Position numbers and translations under genes: made by a program. A stretch of 64,000 bases of DNA from contig OZ024745.1 of assembly GCA_964016885.1 (NCBI GenBank), positions 131,006,001 through 131,070,000 on the forward strand, given 5' to 3'. Each line of letters starts with the position of its first letter. Positions within the stretch are counted from its first letter, which is position 1. The notes beneath the pieces are model-generated. The model was not told where the DNA came from, made no database searches, and saw only the letters and a list, made by a program, of their open reading frames with translations. The stretch comes from Eledone cirrhosa. Its lineage: Eukaryota. Positions 1 through 13,126 of the stretch are shown here, in pieces.

Positions 1-615
1 ACGCCAGTCCATCGCAGGGTTAAACCTCCAGCTATTGCTGGAACTCATTTTCAGCTAAGTATACTGGAGCAACGTGAAATGAAGTGTTTTGCTCAAGAAC
101 ACAACACACCACACAGCCCGGGAATCAAACCCACGACATTATGATCGTAAGTCTAAACCCTTACCACTAGGCCACATGCCTCCTATGGGAGTAAAGGGTT
201 AGGTTATAGAAGAGGTAGCGGCTGTGGTGTTGGGGGGATCGCTAGTGGTATTGACGGTAATTGTATTGCTGTATATGATGATGGTGGTAGCGACGGCGGC
301 GGTTTGTTTTGACTTTGTATATTAAATTGATAAATAATATGTATTTGTCATGTCCTGGAATTTAAGGTTGATTGGTTTGAAAATAAATAGACAGTGACAT
401 AAAACGTGCGCGGAGCCAGTTTGTTTTTTAGTGACCCTGTATATAGCTTTACTCGACCTACATAAAACCTATATAAGCCATTTACGGCTTCCTTCTGCTG
501 CAGCCAGATAAAGCGACTAAGCTGAAATTTCGAATTCACTGACATTTTTTATATTGAAAATAAATTTCTACAACCTACTTACCAGTATTGATTGCACATT
601 TATACGCTATTTTAA

Positions 616-732
<117 letters not shown>

Positions 733-905
733 GAAAAGGAAGAGAGACGGTATCATATTCAACATCAATTTTATTACATCCAGTTATGCACATTTTAAAG
801 GTATCAAAATGTCGTTATTGAACAGGTATTCACTGCGTTGTCGTCCGGCAGGAGTCCAAATGTAAATAAAAATAAAGATTGTTTTTGTTGTTTTTTATAT
901 ATGCC

Positions 906-948
<43 letters not shown>

Positions 949-1154
949 TGAGAGCTTTTGACGGGAACGAAAAAATTTGTATTCTAATCTCCCCCCACCA
1001 CGTAAAGTTTGTAAAACGGTGGCTGGTCGATGGACAGAATTGTATCGGATTCCAGTTGCTAATCACTTTACTGTGCCGGCCGTCACAAACTGTCATGGCC
1101 GTCATGGGCTGGGGTTTGGATTCTGTCGATCGATTGGTTATTGATTAGGCGATA

Positions 1155-1265
1155 CCCACTGATGAAGCCACATAAGCCGATTATGCATTGTTGCATGATA
1201 TATGCAGACAGAGGGTGCAGTGCACCCTACTGCTGCATTAAGTGTGGCCGAAACTCGAGTCCGGG
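1155..1265 (+). ncRNA. Type I hammerhead ribozyme candidate with long stem II
   Basis: CTGATGA 1159-1165, GCCACA/TGTGGC stem II base, GAAA 1250-1253, palindromic CTCGAG stem III, GTC triplet, weak CCC/GGG stem I. Confidence 0.65.
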
Positions 1266-1548
1266 AACTCTTATAGGCACCTGTTTACGTGTGTTGTATT
1301 GAAGCGAATAACTATGTGTATACTCTGGGAATGTATCTTACATTGCCTATTGAGTACGCTGAGGTACAACCGGTCCTGTCATTGATAAATATGCTGGGTC
1401 CGCCAACTCCTTATTATATATATATATATAGGAAAAAGTATGACCCAGACGGCAGAGCTCAAGCCGTTTCGACGACTATTTCTGGACTCTAAGTATTGAG
1501 TATTCTGGTGCGTTATGGTCCATCTGGTTCCTAACCACAATTCCTTTG

Positions 1549-1665
<117 letters not shown>

Positions 1666-2375
1666 TTGTACAAACTGAAACGTGAAACAATGTTTTAAGA
1701 AATTTCTGTTTTTAAGATACACACACTGCATATAACGTAGAGTAGCTTGTTCATGAATATGTGTATACGTGCGTGTCTATGCACAGGTGAGTGCACGCGT
1801 GATTGTGTATGAAAAGACAGAGGTTGGCTTAGAATTGAGCAAGGACGCGGCAAGCGATGTTTGCGATGTAAATTTGATTCACGGTTGTGTAGACACTTCA
1901 ATTCACTTAACGTTCGTATCTTAACGACCGTTGTCAATAAGTTGAAGATGGATTGGCGACACCATGCTGACACTGCTGGACATATTATATAAAGATGAAG
2001 CCGTATTTAGTACATGAATATTCATAAACCTTTCAAGTGTGTCGTAAGGTTTCTCTATTCAACATTCTTAACTATAGAAGCCTCATTTTACATAGCTTAG
2101 GGATATGCGTGTATATTTGTATATACGTTTTTCTATATGAGGGATGTGCATCGTGTGTATCGGTAGGTGCGTATGCGAGATGGAGGAGGCGTCTGTGTAC
2201 AGTTAACAGATATACAAACACGTGCTTCACAGAATATATTTCAAATCACCAAGAAATTAGATACTTATCACTAAAAGTGTTCAATGGACACTAATGTGTT
2301 TGTGAAAGACTGAAATAGAACAGAATGGAGAAATTTCAAACATAGCCTGTTAAACAGATAAATATATACATATAC

Positions 2376-2476
<101 letters not shown>

Positions 2477-3879
2477 GAATGATTAAGTATCGAGAGAGAG
2501 AGAAAAAATGTAAAGATGGGCGATACATGTATTTAGTTGCCAATAGTTTATGCATGTGTGCTCAATACTCGAGCCTACAGAGTTAAATATTAGAGGCGTC
2601 AATATTTAGGGGGCGAGAAAAAATAAGCAGAGTGATTATAAAGGAAATGAATACAGTTTATATAACAGTGCGCCTACCTACGTAGGTGCACTGTTATATA
2701 AACATGTTCTAACGGTTTTAAACTCCTTGTATTCATTTCCTTTATATATCAATGATATTAAATAAATGGAAACTATATTTATAAAACCATATTTATTCTA
2801 TTAATTTGTTCTATTAATATTCTATTACCAACAAATTAAATATCCCTTTTGCTTATATAATATATATATATTTATATTGTTATATTTGGGGAGGCTCATA
2901 TTGTTATAATATTGCCAGAAATAATAATAAAACACACTCATTGTTTGGTTTGGATTCGTTTTCGCTTCTGTATATTCTAAATCCCTATAGTTAATTTAGC
3001 TGGCAATCAATAAAATTCTTCCTGAGTTCAGTCTTTTTCGTCGCTATGATCTTTGCGGCCCTTCTATCGGCCGCTGTCTTCAGTTTGCAAAGCTGTCTAA
3101 ACGTAATGTTATAACTCTAGGGTTATCTACCCTATCGAGTGCTTAGCTGCACACCGAGACTGCATTCGTTAGCTTGGCTGCAACCATGGCTTCGTTGATG
3201 CTGTACTAAAATTTGTATATATATATATATATATATATAGTCTATCAAAGTTCTTTCATCACACACCTGTGACATTATCAGTGGTACTATTATGTTTCCT
3301 CCCGTTGTGGTGTAATGTCTATTCCATTTTTATTTATTCATTTATTCTTGTCTCTGTTTCCGCATGCGTTTGTGTGTGTGTGTTTCTGTTTGGTATGTGT
3401 TCGTGTTTGAGTCTGTGTGTGTTTGTATTCTATCTTTGTTCACTAGCGTGTGTTTATGTGTGGTTGTTGTTATTGTACTTGTGTATATTTATTTATATTT
3501 ATCTTAGGTCAGTATTGTGTGTTTGTGTATGATTGTTGTTGTTGTTAATCCATTCATTTTTTCTGTTCAACTTTGGTTTTCTTAGTTCTATTTCAATTGC
3601 TTCCCTAATCTATCTACCTGTTGAGTCATGTTTAGATATTATTTTAATTTTTATGTTGTCTATATTACCATCATGACTTTGTCTGGCGTGTTCATATAGC
3701 ACCGGGCCGTCTTTTTGACTTTTTAGTTCACTCCCCAGTGTTAGTCTATCCCCCCCCCCCCCCCACCCAACCACCCCAGGCTCTGAACTGTCTAACCTAT
3801 GTATGCCGTTGTCATGTTTCTGCAAGTACCCTCTGTACATTTCTAGTTTTACAATTCATTTGTGGATTTCTTCTACATA

Positions 3880-4680
3880 TAATACATTTCTTATTAGTAC
3901 AGTAGTTGCTGGCTTTTCTACCACTTTAGTCTTTAAGTGCGTCTTTCTTAGGGCCTTTCTGAATTGGTTAGCTAATTCACCTCCAAGGGTTGCATCCACG
4001 AACATGACACTCTGGTATCTCTGGTTGTCATACCACGAAGTGGCTTTCCCTATCTTATGTTTGGTCCTATATATGCTATTCCATGATTTGCTCCTGTAAA
4101 ATGGTCAAATCCCTTTCATGTCCATCTCTATAAGGATCTTATATTTCTCCGTAGCTCCTTTGTTCAACCTGATTCTGTCTCTTTGGTTGTAGCCAGAGAA
4201 CTGCATGCGACTGTATGTGTCTTTCCAGTTCAGTTGGATCGCACATGCGGGACACATTTTCATCACTCTTATCAAGTTTACGATCAGAATATTAAACTTA
4301 GCACTATTGGACATCGCTGAACTTTTGTGTTTAAGGTATTTGGAGGCCATGGGTTTAGTATAATGGAATTGGGGTTTTCTCGTTTATAGTGTTTAACCAG
4401 AGTTCAGTGTCTAATACTGGTGGTCTATTGTTAGAGTATTTGGAATGGTAGTCGATAGTTATTGTTATGCTCTGGTGTATGGAATTAACTATCTGCTGGA
4501 TGCTCTCCATCTTGTTAGTTTCTAATTCGAATTTATTGGTACAACTCTTGTGGGGGTGTTTTTATTACTATATTTATATCATCTACGTTACGAAAGTCCA
4601 TGACGAGGGCTATGGAGTTCTCTTCTAGGAGTTCTCTGAGTCTCCTTCCCACCATACCATAAATAGGTTGGCAACACCAG
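3880..4680 (-). mobile_element. Degenerate Penelope-like element RT fragment
   Basis: Minus-strand translation gives GVANLFMVWW, a mutated YVDD-like NVDDIN, RMQFSGY and SWYDNQRYQSVMFVDATLGGELA, resembling PLE RT/thumb segments. Frameshifted. Confidence 0.65.
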
Positions 4681-4974
4681 AGCATAAAGTTAACTATCGA
4701 CTACCATTCCAAACATGTAGGGGTTAGTGAAGAAGACGAAAAGGAAAAGAATTGATGGAATTGGCAGAATAGAATGGAACAGTTCAGTGTATATATATTT
4801 AAGCTCCGGCGTCTGCAGGCTGTTACCAAGGTAAATGAGACCGTCATCAGAGACGTCTTGTTCAATAGTAACTGTACCCGCAATGCTGACACAGCATAAA
4901 ATGTAGCAAGAAATTGATAGCTTCTCACAGGCCTGTGATAATTTTGGATTAATACCAACACACCTGATGCTATG

Positions 4975-5483
4975 TACCTACCTGCACCTAGAAATCTCTA
5001 CCACACATTACAGTGAAGAGACAGCTGCTACAAGCGACCGATAGCTTCACCTATATCGGAAGCACCCTCTCGCGAAAGGCAAATATAGATACAGAAGTTA
5101 ACAATAGAATTTGCAAAGCCCGTGCTGTCTTTGTGAGACTCCGCGAGAATGTATGGGACGGAAAAGATTCAGCCTCCCTCCCAAGCTCAACGTCTACCAA
5201 GCAATGGGGCTCGCCACCACCACAACTCGCCTCACACTCTTGGAGGGAGCATGCGCAGCAGAGAACAGTCGCATTGCAGAGGGTCATGATAAACGCTCTG
5301 CACGCAAGTAACGAGCCATATACACTTCCACTGCAGAACCTAACCACATGTGCCCCCAGAAGTGGGCGTGGTTTCCGTATCTGGATTTGCCTCACCAGCC
5401 ACCTCAGGACCCATAACCAAAGAACCTCCACCCACTATTGAAGTCGTGGTCATCTTCAGTTCCGAAGGACCAACAACAACAAC
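4975..5483 (+). mobile_element. Truncated, internally deleted RTE (BovB-like) LINE 3' fragment
   Basis: FTYIGSTLS...TEVNNRICKA..F.RL...VW and a terminal C2H2-like LTSHLRTH. Ends in a (CAA)n tail. Confidence 0.8.
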
Positions 5484-5671
5484 ATCTCTGTGGGAAGAAG
5501 AATGAGATCTGACCAGTTTCTAGTCTTGTATAATATCCATCAGGGAAAGAATCACCATATTTTGTTCCCTAAAAGATTATACCTATGTTTAGAGTATATA
5601 AACGAAGGCTCAACTAAACTTTTCAGTTTAAATTGGAAAACAGTACATTCGCTGATAACGTGAATTAATTA

Positions 5672-6064
5672 CCGTATTTCCCGGCGTCGAAGACGCTACT
5701 TTTTTCCTAAAATAAGTCTTAAAAATCTACCATGCGTCCTGGAGACCGAAGGTTGTTTATTATTTTTTCTCAAATTTTTGGTTGTCGGAATTAGGGTGCG
5801 TCCTTGAGAAAGCGTGTGGCTGAGTGGCTAGAAAATCGGATTCCCAATCGTGAGGTTGTGAGTTCGATTCCTGGCCCAGGCAATGCGTTATGTCCTTGAG
5901 CAAGACACTTTATTTCACGTTGCTCCTTCTACCTGGAGTTGCGACCGATAGATAGTATTAGCAATTGGAAAGACCAATGGAAACAGTGTTTCCTCGGTCC
6001 GATTTGGAAAGTCGATCGTTCTTTTTCTTCGAGGACGAAGCGTCTTCGGCGCCGGGAAATACGG
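5672..6064. mobile_element. Tc1/pogo-type MITE with a nested SINE fragment
   Basis: TIRs CCGTATTTCCCGGCG / CGCCGGGAAATACGG flanked by TA. A SINE head is inserted at ~5812-5930. An uninterrupted relative lies at 62562-62742. Confidence 0.8.
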
Positions 6065-6529
6065 TAATTGATGATATACTACATAATATATACACCCCAG
6101 TCATCTTCCTCGGGGTTTTTTAATGCCATACAAACATACCTAGGCCTCTGTCTATCTGTGTTCTAGCAATAGGAAAATGATTCCAATACCAAACTCTTTT
6201 ATTTACAAATAATTGTCGTTCATTATATGTAGTTATATGCTGTTATTGTTGTTTTCTATCAGTGCAAGGCTTGTAAAGAATTTTGAATGATATTTTCTTA
6301 ATTGAATTTTTCAGACTGCAATTAAAATTAGATTTCGATAATTCAAAGTAGAGTATTGCCAAAGCACTATCGATTATGCTTGTTAAAGAGACAAGTGGTT
6401 GTATCATTCTGTTTCAATCATATAGTCTTCAGTTTATTGTATATGTGAGCATGCGTGGTGAGTATGTGTGTGTATACTTTTTATTTATTTATTTGTTTGT
6501 TAGAGTTCTACAGAATATATTGGAATATG

Positions 6530-6670
<141 letters not shown>

Positions 6671-6844
6671 AATATATATATATATATGTGTATATATATG
6701 TATATATATGTATGTATATATATATGTGTGTGCGTGTATTTAAAAGGTAAACAGAAATAACAACACAATCGGTACAGTATATGGAAGGTATATATTAGGT
6801 TAACGCTTGATATAGCAGGAAGAGGGTCTTATTAACTGTATATA

Positions 6845-7031
<187 letters not shown>

Positions 7032-7159
7032 CCCTATTTTCTTACATGAATGAACTTATATGCGAATATCCGTGCATTGCACAGAAGCACTCATATGCAG
7101 GGTTGGTGAAGTGTCTATGTATGTGTCTCTGTGTGCATATATGTGTGTGTGTGTGTGTT

Positions 7160-7218
<59 letters not shown>

Positions 7219-7287
7219 GTGTGTGTGTGCGTGTGTGTGTGCGTGTGTAAGCGCGTGTGTGTGTGTGCGTGTGTGTGTGTGTGTGTA

Positions 7288-7357
<70 letters not shown>

Positions 7358-8224
7358 CGTGTGTACATAAATATCTATACATATAGAGATATCTAAAATC
7401 CCAACCGTGGCGCCAAGCAGATTCGGCTTGTGTATATTAATGGTGTCTTCAGTCTCAACACCGCACACTCTATACATATATATATGTGGATATACAATGA
7501 GAGACATGTTCATATGTATAGCATGCTGTCATAGTATTTACAACCTTCTTGCTTACAGTTTGCGGCTGCTGACATGCCCATGTGATGAACCAGAAAGGGG
7601 CCTGATGTGAATCAATATGCAGCTTCTCCCTCACCAAGTCTCATTCTAGGCTTCTCTGCAGCTGCACACAGTGATTGGGATTTTATGGTTCCAGACTATT
7701 TTGGCAGGGAGTGTGAAAACCGGCATTTGTGAATATTGCCTGGAATTTATAAACCACAATTCTACAACTTTGAGGGTGAATGAGTCCCGGAAAGCAAAGA
7801 CTAAGAGAGTACACCATGAGAGTGAAGCAAGCTGTGGGGTCGGTTTTAAGGTGCGTTCCGACAGTCTAGATTTCCAAGAGATTCCTATAGAAGTGAAGAG
7901 GTACTTTGATTTATAGTCACCCTTTCTTTTGTATTTTTCTCCTTCATATCCAAGATAGTTATGCTAGAAAAGGCGCAATTTCGTTGCTACTATGGAACCT
8001 AATTTCAAAAACTGTATAAATGAGAATGTATGAAAAGTATATTAGTTTTACCAATGCTAACTAGTAAAGGTTTTAAGATATATTTCACTAAATCGCACAA
8101 AACCAAACACGTTTACGAGATGTCATATTCCACTACGTATAGTTCGCTGTCCAGGATTTATTTGTAAGAGATCTCAGCCAATTTAACACTTGTGTTGTTC
8201 TTATCACAATTTGGATAACTTTCA

Positions 8225-8500
8225 CAAACTTCTTCCTCGCCCACATATTCTTGAGAGGGTCGAGGGGGAAGAGTCCTCAAACACTCCTCCCAGCAGGTCA
8301 TGTCGGAAGCTACCATCTCCAACTGATCCGGCTGGATCCCCAAGTGAAACCAGCCAAGCTCGTGGATGTTATCCAAACAGCTTGTTCGGGGTTTACCCTT
8401 GGGTCCTCTGCCGGTTGGTTTTGCCCGTAAAATCTGCTTCTCAACGATTCTTTCTTGAGACATTCTAACCACATGCCCATAGTACATTTTCTCCAACCTA
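8225..8500 (-). mobile_element. 3' fragment of a second RTE-like LINE family (other copies ~14050-14180, 15600-15843, 20580-20822, 33050-33235)
   Basis: YGHVVRM...KQIL...GRGPKGKPRT C-terminal motif. The copies share GTCCTCAAACACTCC...GGATCCC...GCTCATGGATG, and several have (GAA)n tails. Confidence 0.75.
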
Positions 8501-9555
8501 CTACCATTTATATTAAGTCACCAACCTGTAGTCTTATAAAAGTATGATTTCTCACGTTGATTGGCAGCACAAAGCCGCTGATATTCGGAAGGAAGAAAGA
8601 TTAAGTCGACTCAAGTAGATTTATTAAATTAGAAAGAAGAAGGTTGTAATTTAATATTGTAATAGATTATATCCAATGACTAGACAACCCAACACCACAT
8701 AGATAAAACAATACAACGAGGAAAATAAGAACGAGTTAAATAAACAACATAGTCAACAACGAGAGATCTTGAAACAGAAAGCCAAGATGCCTAACGTCTA
8801 CTGAAGTATATATGTGAGAGGTTATCCTGACATCGATTATAAAATATGTACATAAATAAATATATGAAATAAATGAAATTAAATAAGCACTATATTTTAC
8901 CCATTAAAAGAAGCCAGTTAGGTGATGGACATTTTATATCAATATTAAAACAAGTAAGATTGATTTACTCCTTCAAATCAATCGATAATAGCCTCGTTGT
9001 CATTTCATTCTACCGCCATTACGCTGTACCGTCGCTTTATCAAAATGTTCTAGCAACATTTTTTATATCTTTTACCTTTATTTTCTTTCATCGTTTTTCT
9101 GTTTGTTTGGTTTTTTAGGGAGGGAGGGGGGGGTTCTCATTTTTTGTTGTTTTTTTTGTTCGTGTCTGTCATATTTATAATGGATAGTTCTTTAATTAGG
9201 AACTGAATACTGAACGCAATACTGATTCTTCCCGCCTTGCTCGTACATAATAAATTGAATAAAAATTATTATCAAGAAGCAGGAGAAGAAAATTAAAACA
9301 ATGTGTTGAAGGCGAGAAACTTTCAAAGGAGCTAGCAATTATCAATGTGAGATGAGAAAGAAATGGGTGGAGAGGAATGTATAAGGAGAAGAGTATCGGG
9401 CGTAAGAAGTAAAGGAAATACAAGAACGAGGAAAGAAGAAGACAGTACAAGAAAAATTATATAATAAATAGACAACGTGATGAAAGAAAATAATTAAAAT
9501 ACATCTATTTATGCGTGCAAATGTACATATGTATATATACATATGTATAAATGTA

Positions 9556-9634
<79 letters not shown>

Positions 9635-9753
9635 CATCAGTGTTATATATTAAATCAAAAGTGTGTGAAATAAAAATATTTGAATGATGAGAGATAATTT
9701 CATAATATATCATGGAGGTTGTAGCATTGGTTTATGTAATTGGAACTATGTCC

Positions 9754-9787
<34 letters not shown>

Positions 9788-9838
9788 CGTAGTAGTGGTG
9801 GTGGTGGTGGTGGTGGTGGTAGTAGTAGTGGTGGTGGA

Positions 9839-9901
<63 letters not shown>

Positions 9902-9982
9902 GGTGGTGGTGGTGGTGGTGGTGGTGGTGGTGGTGGTGGTGGTGGTGGTGGTAGTAGTAGTAGTAGTGGTGGTGGTGGTGGA

Positions 9983-10023
<41 letters not shown>
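9754..10023. repeat. (AGT)n/(GGT)n compound trinucleotide microsatellite
   Basis: Directly visible. Confidence 0.95.
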
Positions 10024-10985
10024 CAACAACATATGGTGTTGCTAGATGTGATACTGAGGACGACGATAATAATAACTGTAGCTGAGGGGGTGGGACAACA
10101 TCCAGAAATGTCGCTGATATTGGCAATAATTGTCTGGGGGAAGGGAAGTAAAAAATAAATAAATTAGAAGAGTTGGGGAGAGAAGGATGACTAGAGTGTC
10201 CCATCATGCATCTGAACCAAAAATAGAAATAATGATTATATAACTGTTTCTACTTTTGGCACAAGGCCAGCAATTATCCCAGTACATTACTGGTACTTTA
10301 TTTTATCGACCCCGTAAGGATGAAAGGCAAAGTAAACCTCGACGGCATTTGAACTCAGACCGTAAAGGGACGTAACTATGCTGGAAAGCATGGCGTCCGA
10401 CTTTCTTCCGATACTGCCAATCCACCGCCATTGCTGTCACATTAAGCATTTAATCTTGTCGAAGCTTTCCGAATTCTTGTTGAGCAACAGAGAAATTCAA
10501 CAACTTGGTAGCTGATAGCGTAAGATCAATCAAGGTAACATGCTCAACCCTTCTATTCTAGCCACCCATCACACACAATATCTTTATCCGTTTGAAACTT
10601 ATAGAAAGGGTATATATGCAGGCATGACTTACAAAACTTCCTTCAAATATTCGGGCAAGATTAAACACAAACCGTGGTCTAATTTTTACAAGACAAATTT
10701 CTAAACTAAATACAATTGTTAAAAATAGAAAAAGAAGAAAAAATATCTTCAATAGTGTTGTCGCAAATGTGTTACAAATATCTGTGTAAATAATTCTTTT
10801 AGGTTTTTCCAGTGTCGTTCAGTATTAAATGTGTGATCAAATGTCTGATCAAATAGAATCTTGCTAATTGTAATTTACACATAAAGTGAACATTTTATAC
10901 AAAAACCACGTAACAGTCCGTTATTTTCATTGTTCAACACACACACATATATATGTATATTTATTTTTATTTTTCTGTTCAAGTT

Positions 10986-11042
10986 CTAGCCTGATGAGGT
11001 CATAGCTGTTGAATAATGGTTATCACCGAAATATATATTGCC
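10986..11042 (+). ncRNA. Hammerhead ribozyme candidate (degenerate stem I)
   Basis: CTGATGA 10991-10997, stem II GGTCATAGCTGTT/AATGGTTATCACC, GAAA-TATATA-TT. Homologous to the 55875 copy. Confidence 0.55.
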
Positions 11043-11199
11043 ACGAATATGAATAAACGAAGTTTTTAAATTACCCCGGAGTAAACAGACCGACCCGCAC
11101 ACTCCGTCGAGTGCTCTAGTCTGCATACTAGAGTGTCGGTAAGCAACCAACACATACTCAAATTTATTACTAGAGCACTCGACGGAGTGTGCGGGTGGG

Positions 11200-11277
<78 letters not shown>

Positions 11278-11296
11278 CACACACACACATATACAC

Positions 11297-11386
<90 letters not shown>

Positions 11387-11708
11387 AAATGCTCTGAAAT
11401 AGCGATATATATGTGAAGATAGACACAGAATATTCGAAAATATTCTGTATGTTTATAATAAACATTTTGAAGACCTAATCGCTATAGAATAGAATACGTC
11501 ACGTATTACAATTAGATTCTCGATAAAAGCAAGGGAAGTAACCTACGCGTTTCATTCTTATTAGAAATCTTCAGAGCTATTTCAGAGCATTTAATCCAAT
11601 TTCTAATTTCTGCCGGACCGGCAACCGTTCTTTCAAACCAGTTCCTGTACACAGCTAAGTATTCTATAAGTCTCTAGCTGTGTCATTCTCGATAAAAGCA
11701 CTGGATAT

Positions 11709-11751
11709 GTAATCCTGAAGATTTCTAATAAGAATGAAACGCGTAGGTTAC
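11709..11751 (+). ncRNA. Minimal type I hammerhead ribozyme candidate
   Basis: Stem I GTAATC/GGTTAC, CTGAAGA, stem II TTCT/AGAA, GAAA-CGCG-TA. Confidence 0.75.
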
Positions 11752-11963
11752 TTCCCTTGCTTTTATCGAGAATCTAATTGTAATACGTGACGTATTCTAT
11801 TCTATAGCGATTAGGTCTTCAAAATGTTTATTATAAACATACAGAATATTTTCGAATATTCTATGTCTATCTTCATATATATATATATAGGTATTAAGAT
11901 TGGTGCTGCTCTGAAATAGCGTTGTATACATGAATGTATGTATAGTATATTTGGCAATATACC

Positions 11964-12174
<211 letters not shown>

Positions 12175-12394
12175 TTTTATTTAATTTGTTGGAATTCCGA
12201 CAAACATAAATGTTTATAACTGATTTAGAGAACTCAACAAGTTACTGGAGTAAATATTCCAAGATAATAATAAATGGAAACTATATTCACACATAACTTT
12301 GAATTACCCGTAATAAGTTTCCACTATCCAGAGAATTTCGGACCGTTAAGGTGTGGTTTCCATGGGTATGTCATTATTTATAAAACAAATTTTG

Positions 12395-12459
12395 TATTTT
12401 ATCTGATGAAAGCGCACCAAGATTTGCTTGGTCGCCCTTGAAATGTATATAATAAAATA
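12395..12459 (+). ncRNA. Minimal type I hammerhead ribozyme candidate
   Basis: 8-bp stem I TATTTTAT/ATAAAATA, CTGATGA 12403-12409, stem II containing ACCAAG/CTTGGT, GAAA-TGTATA-TA. Confidence 0.7.
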
Positions 12460-12582
12460 AATATGGTTTTATAAATATAGTTTCCATTTATTATTATCTT
12501 ACGGGGTCGATAAAATAAAGTACCAGTAATACACTGGGATAATTGGTGGCCTTGTGCCAAAAGTAGAAACAATTATTATTGG

Positions 12583-12714
<132 letters not shown>

Positions 12715-13092
12715 TGTGTGTGTGTGTGTATTTGTACATATATATGTACATGTGTGAGTGTATGTGTAACATTGGTAGATATATGTATCTGTTTGACTGT
12801 GAATATTTCTATATAAAACATATTTAATAAATATTTCCAACATGAATTGTAAAGAGGAAAAACTTTTATACTGTACATTGATGGTGTGTGTGTATATGTT
12901 AGTGGGTCTTTGTGTCTGTGTGTGTGTAAGTGGGTCTTTGTGTGTGTGTGTGTGTGTGTGTCTGTATGTATGTGTGTGTCTGTATGTATGGGTGTGTGCG
13001 TGTGTCTGTGTGTGTGTGTGTAAGTGGGTCTTTGGGTGTGTGTGTGTGTGTAAGTGGGTCTTTGTGTGTGTGTGTGTGTGTGTAAGTGGGTC

Positions 13093-13126
<34 letters not shown>

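Noticed and set aside
1441-1535. Minus-strand GAAA-CGGC...GCCG-TC hammerhead half
   Set aside because: Good stem III and GUC triplet, but no recognisable CUGANGA.
7620-7920. GC-richer unique segment with an 81-aa ORF
   Set aside because: No recognisable domain or convincing splice sites.
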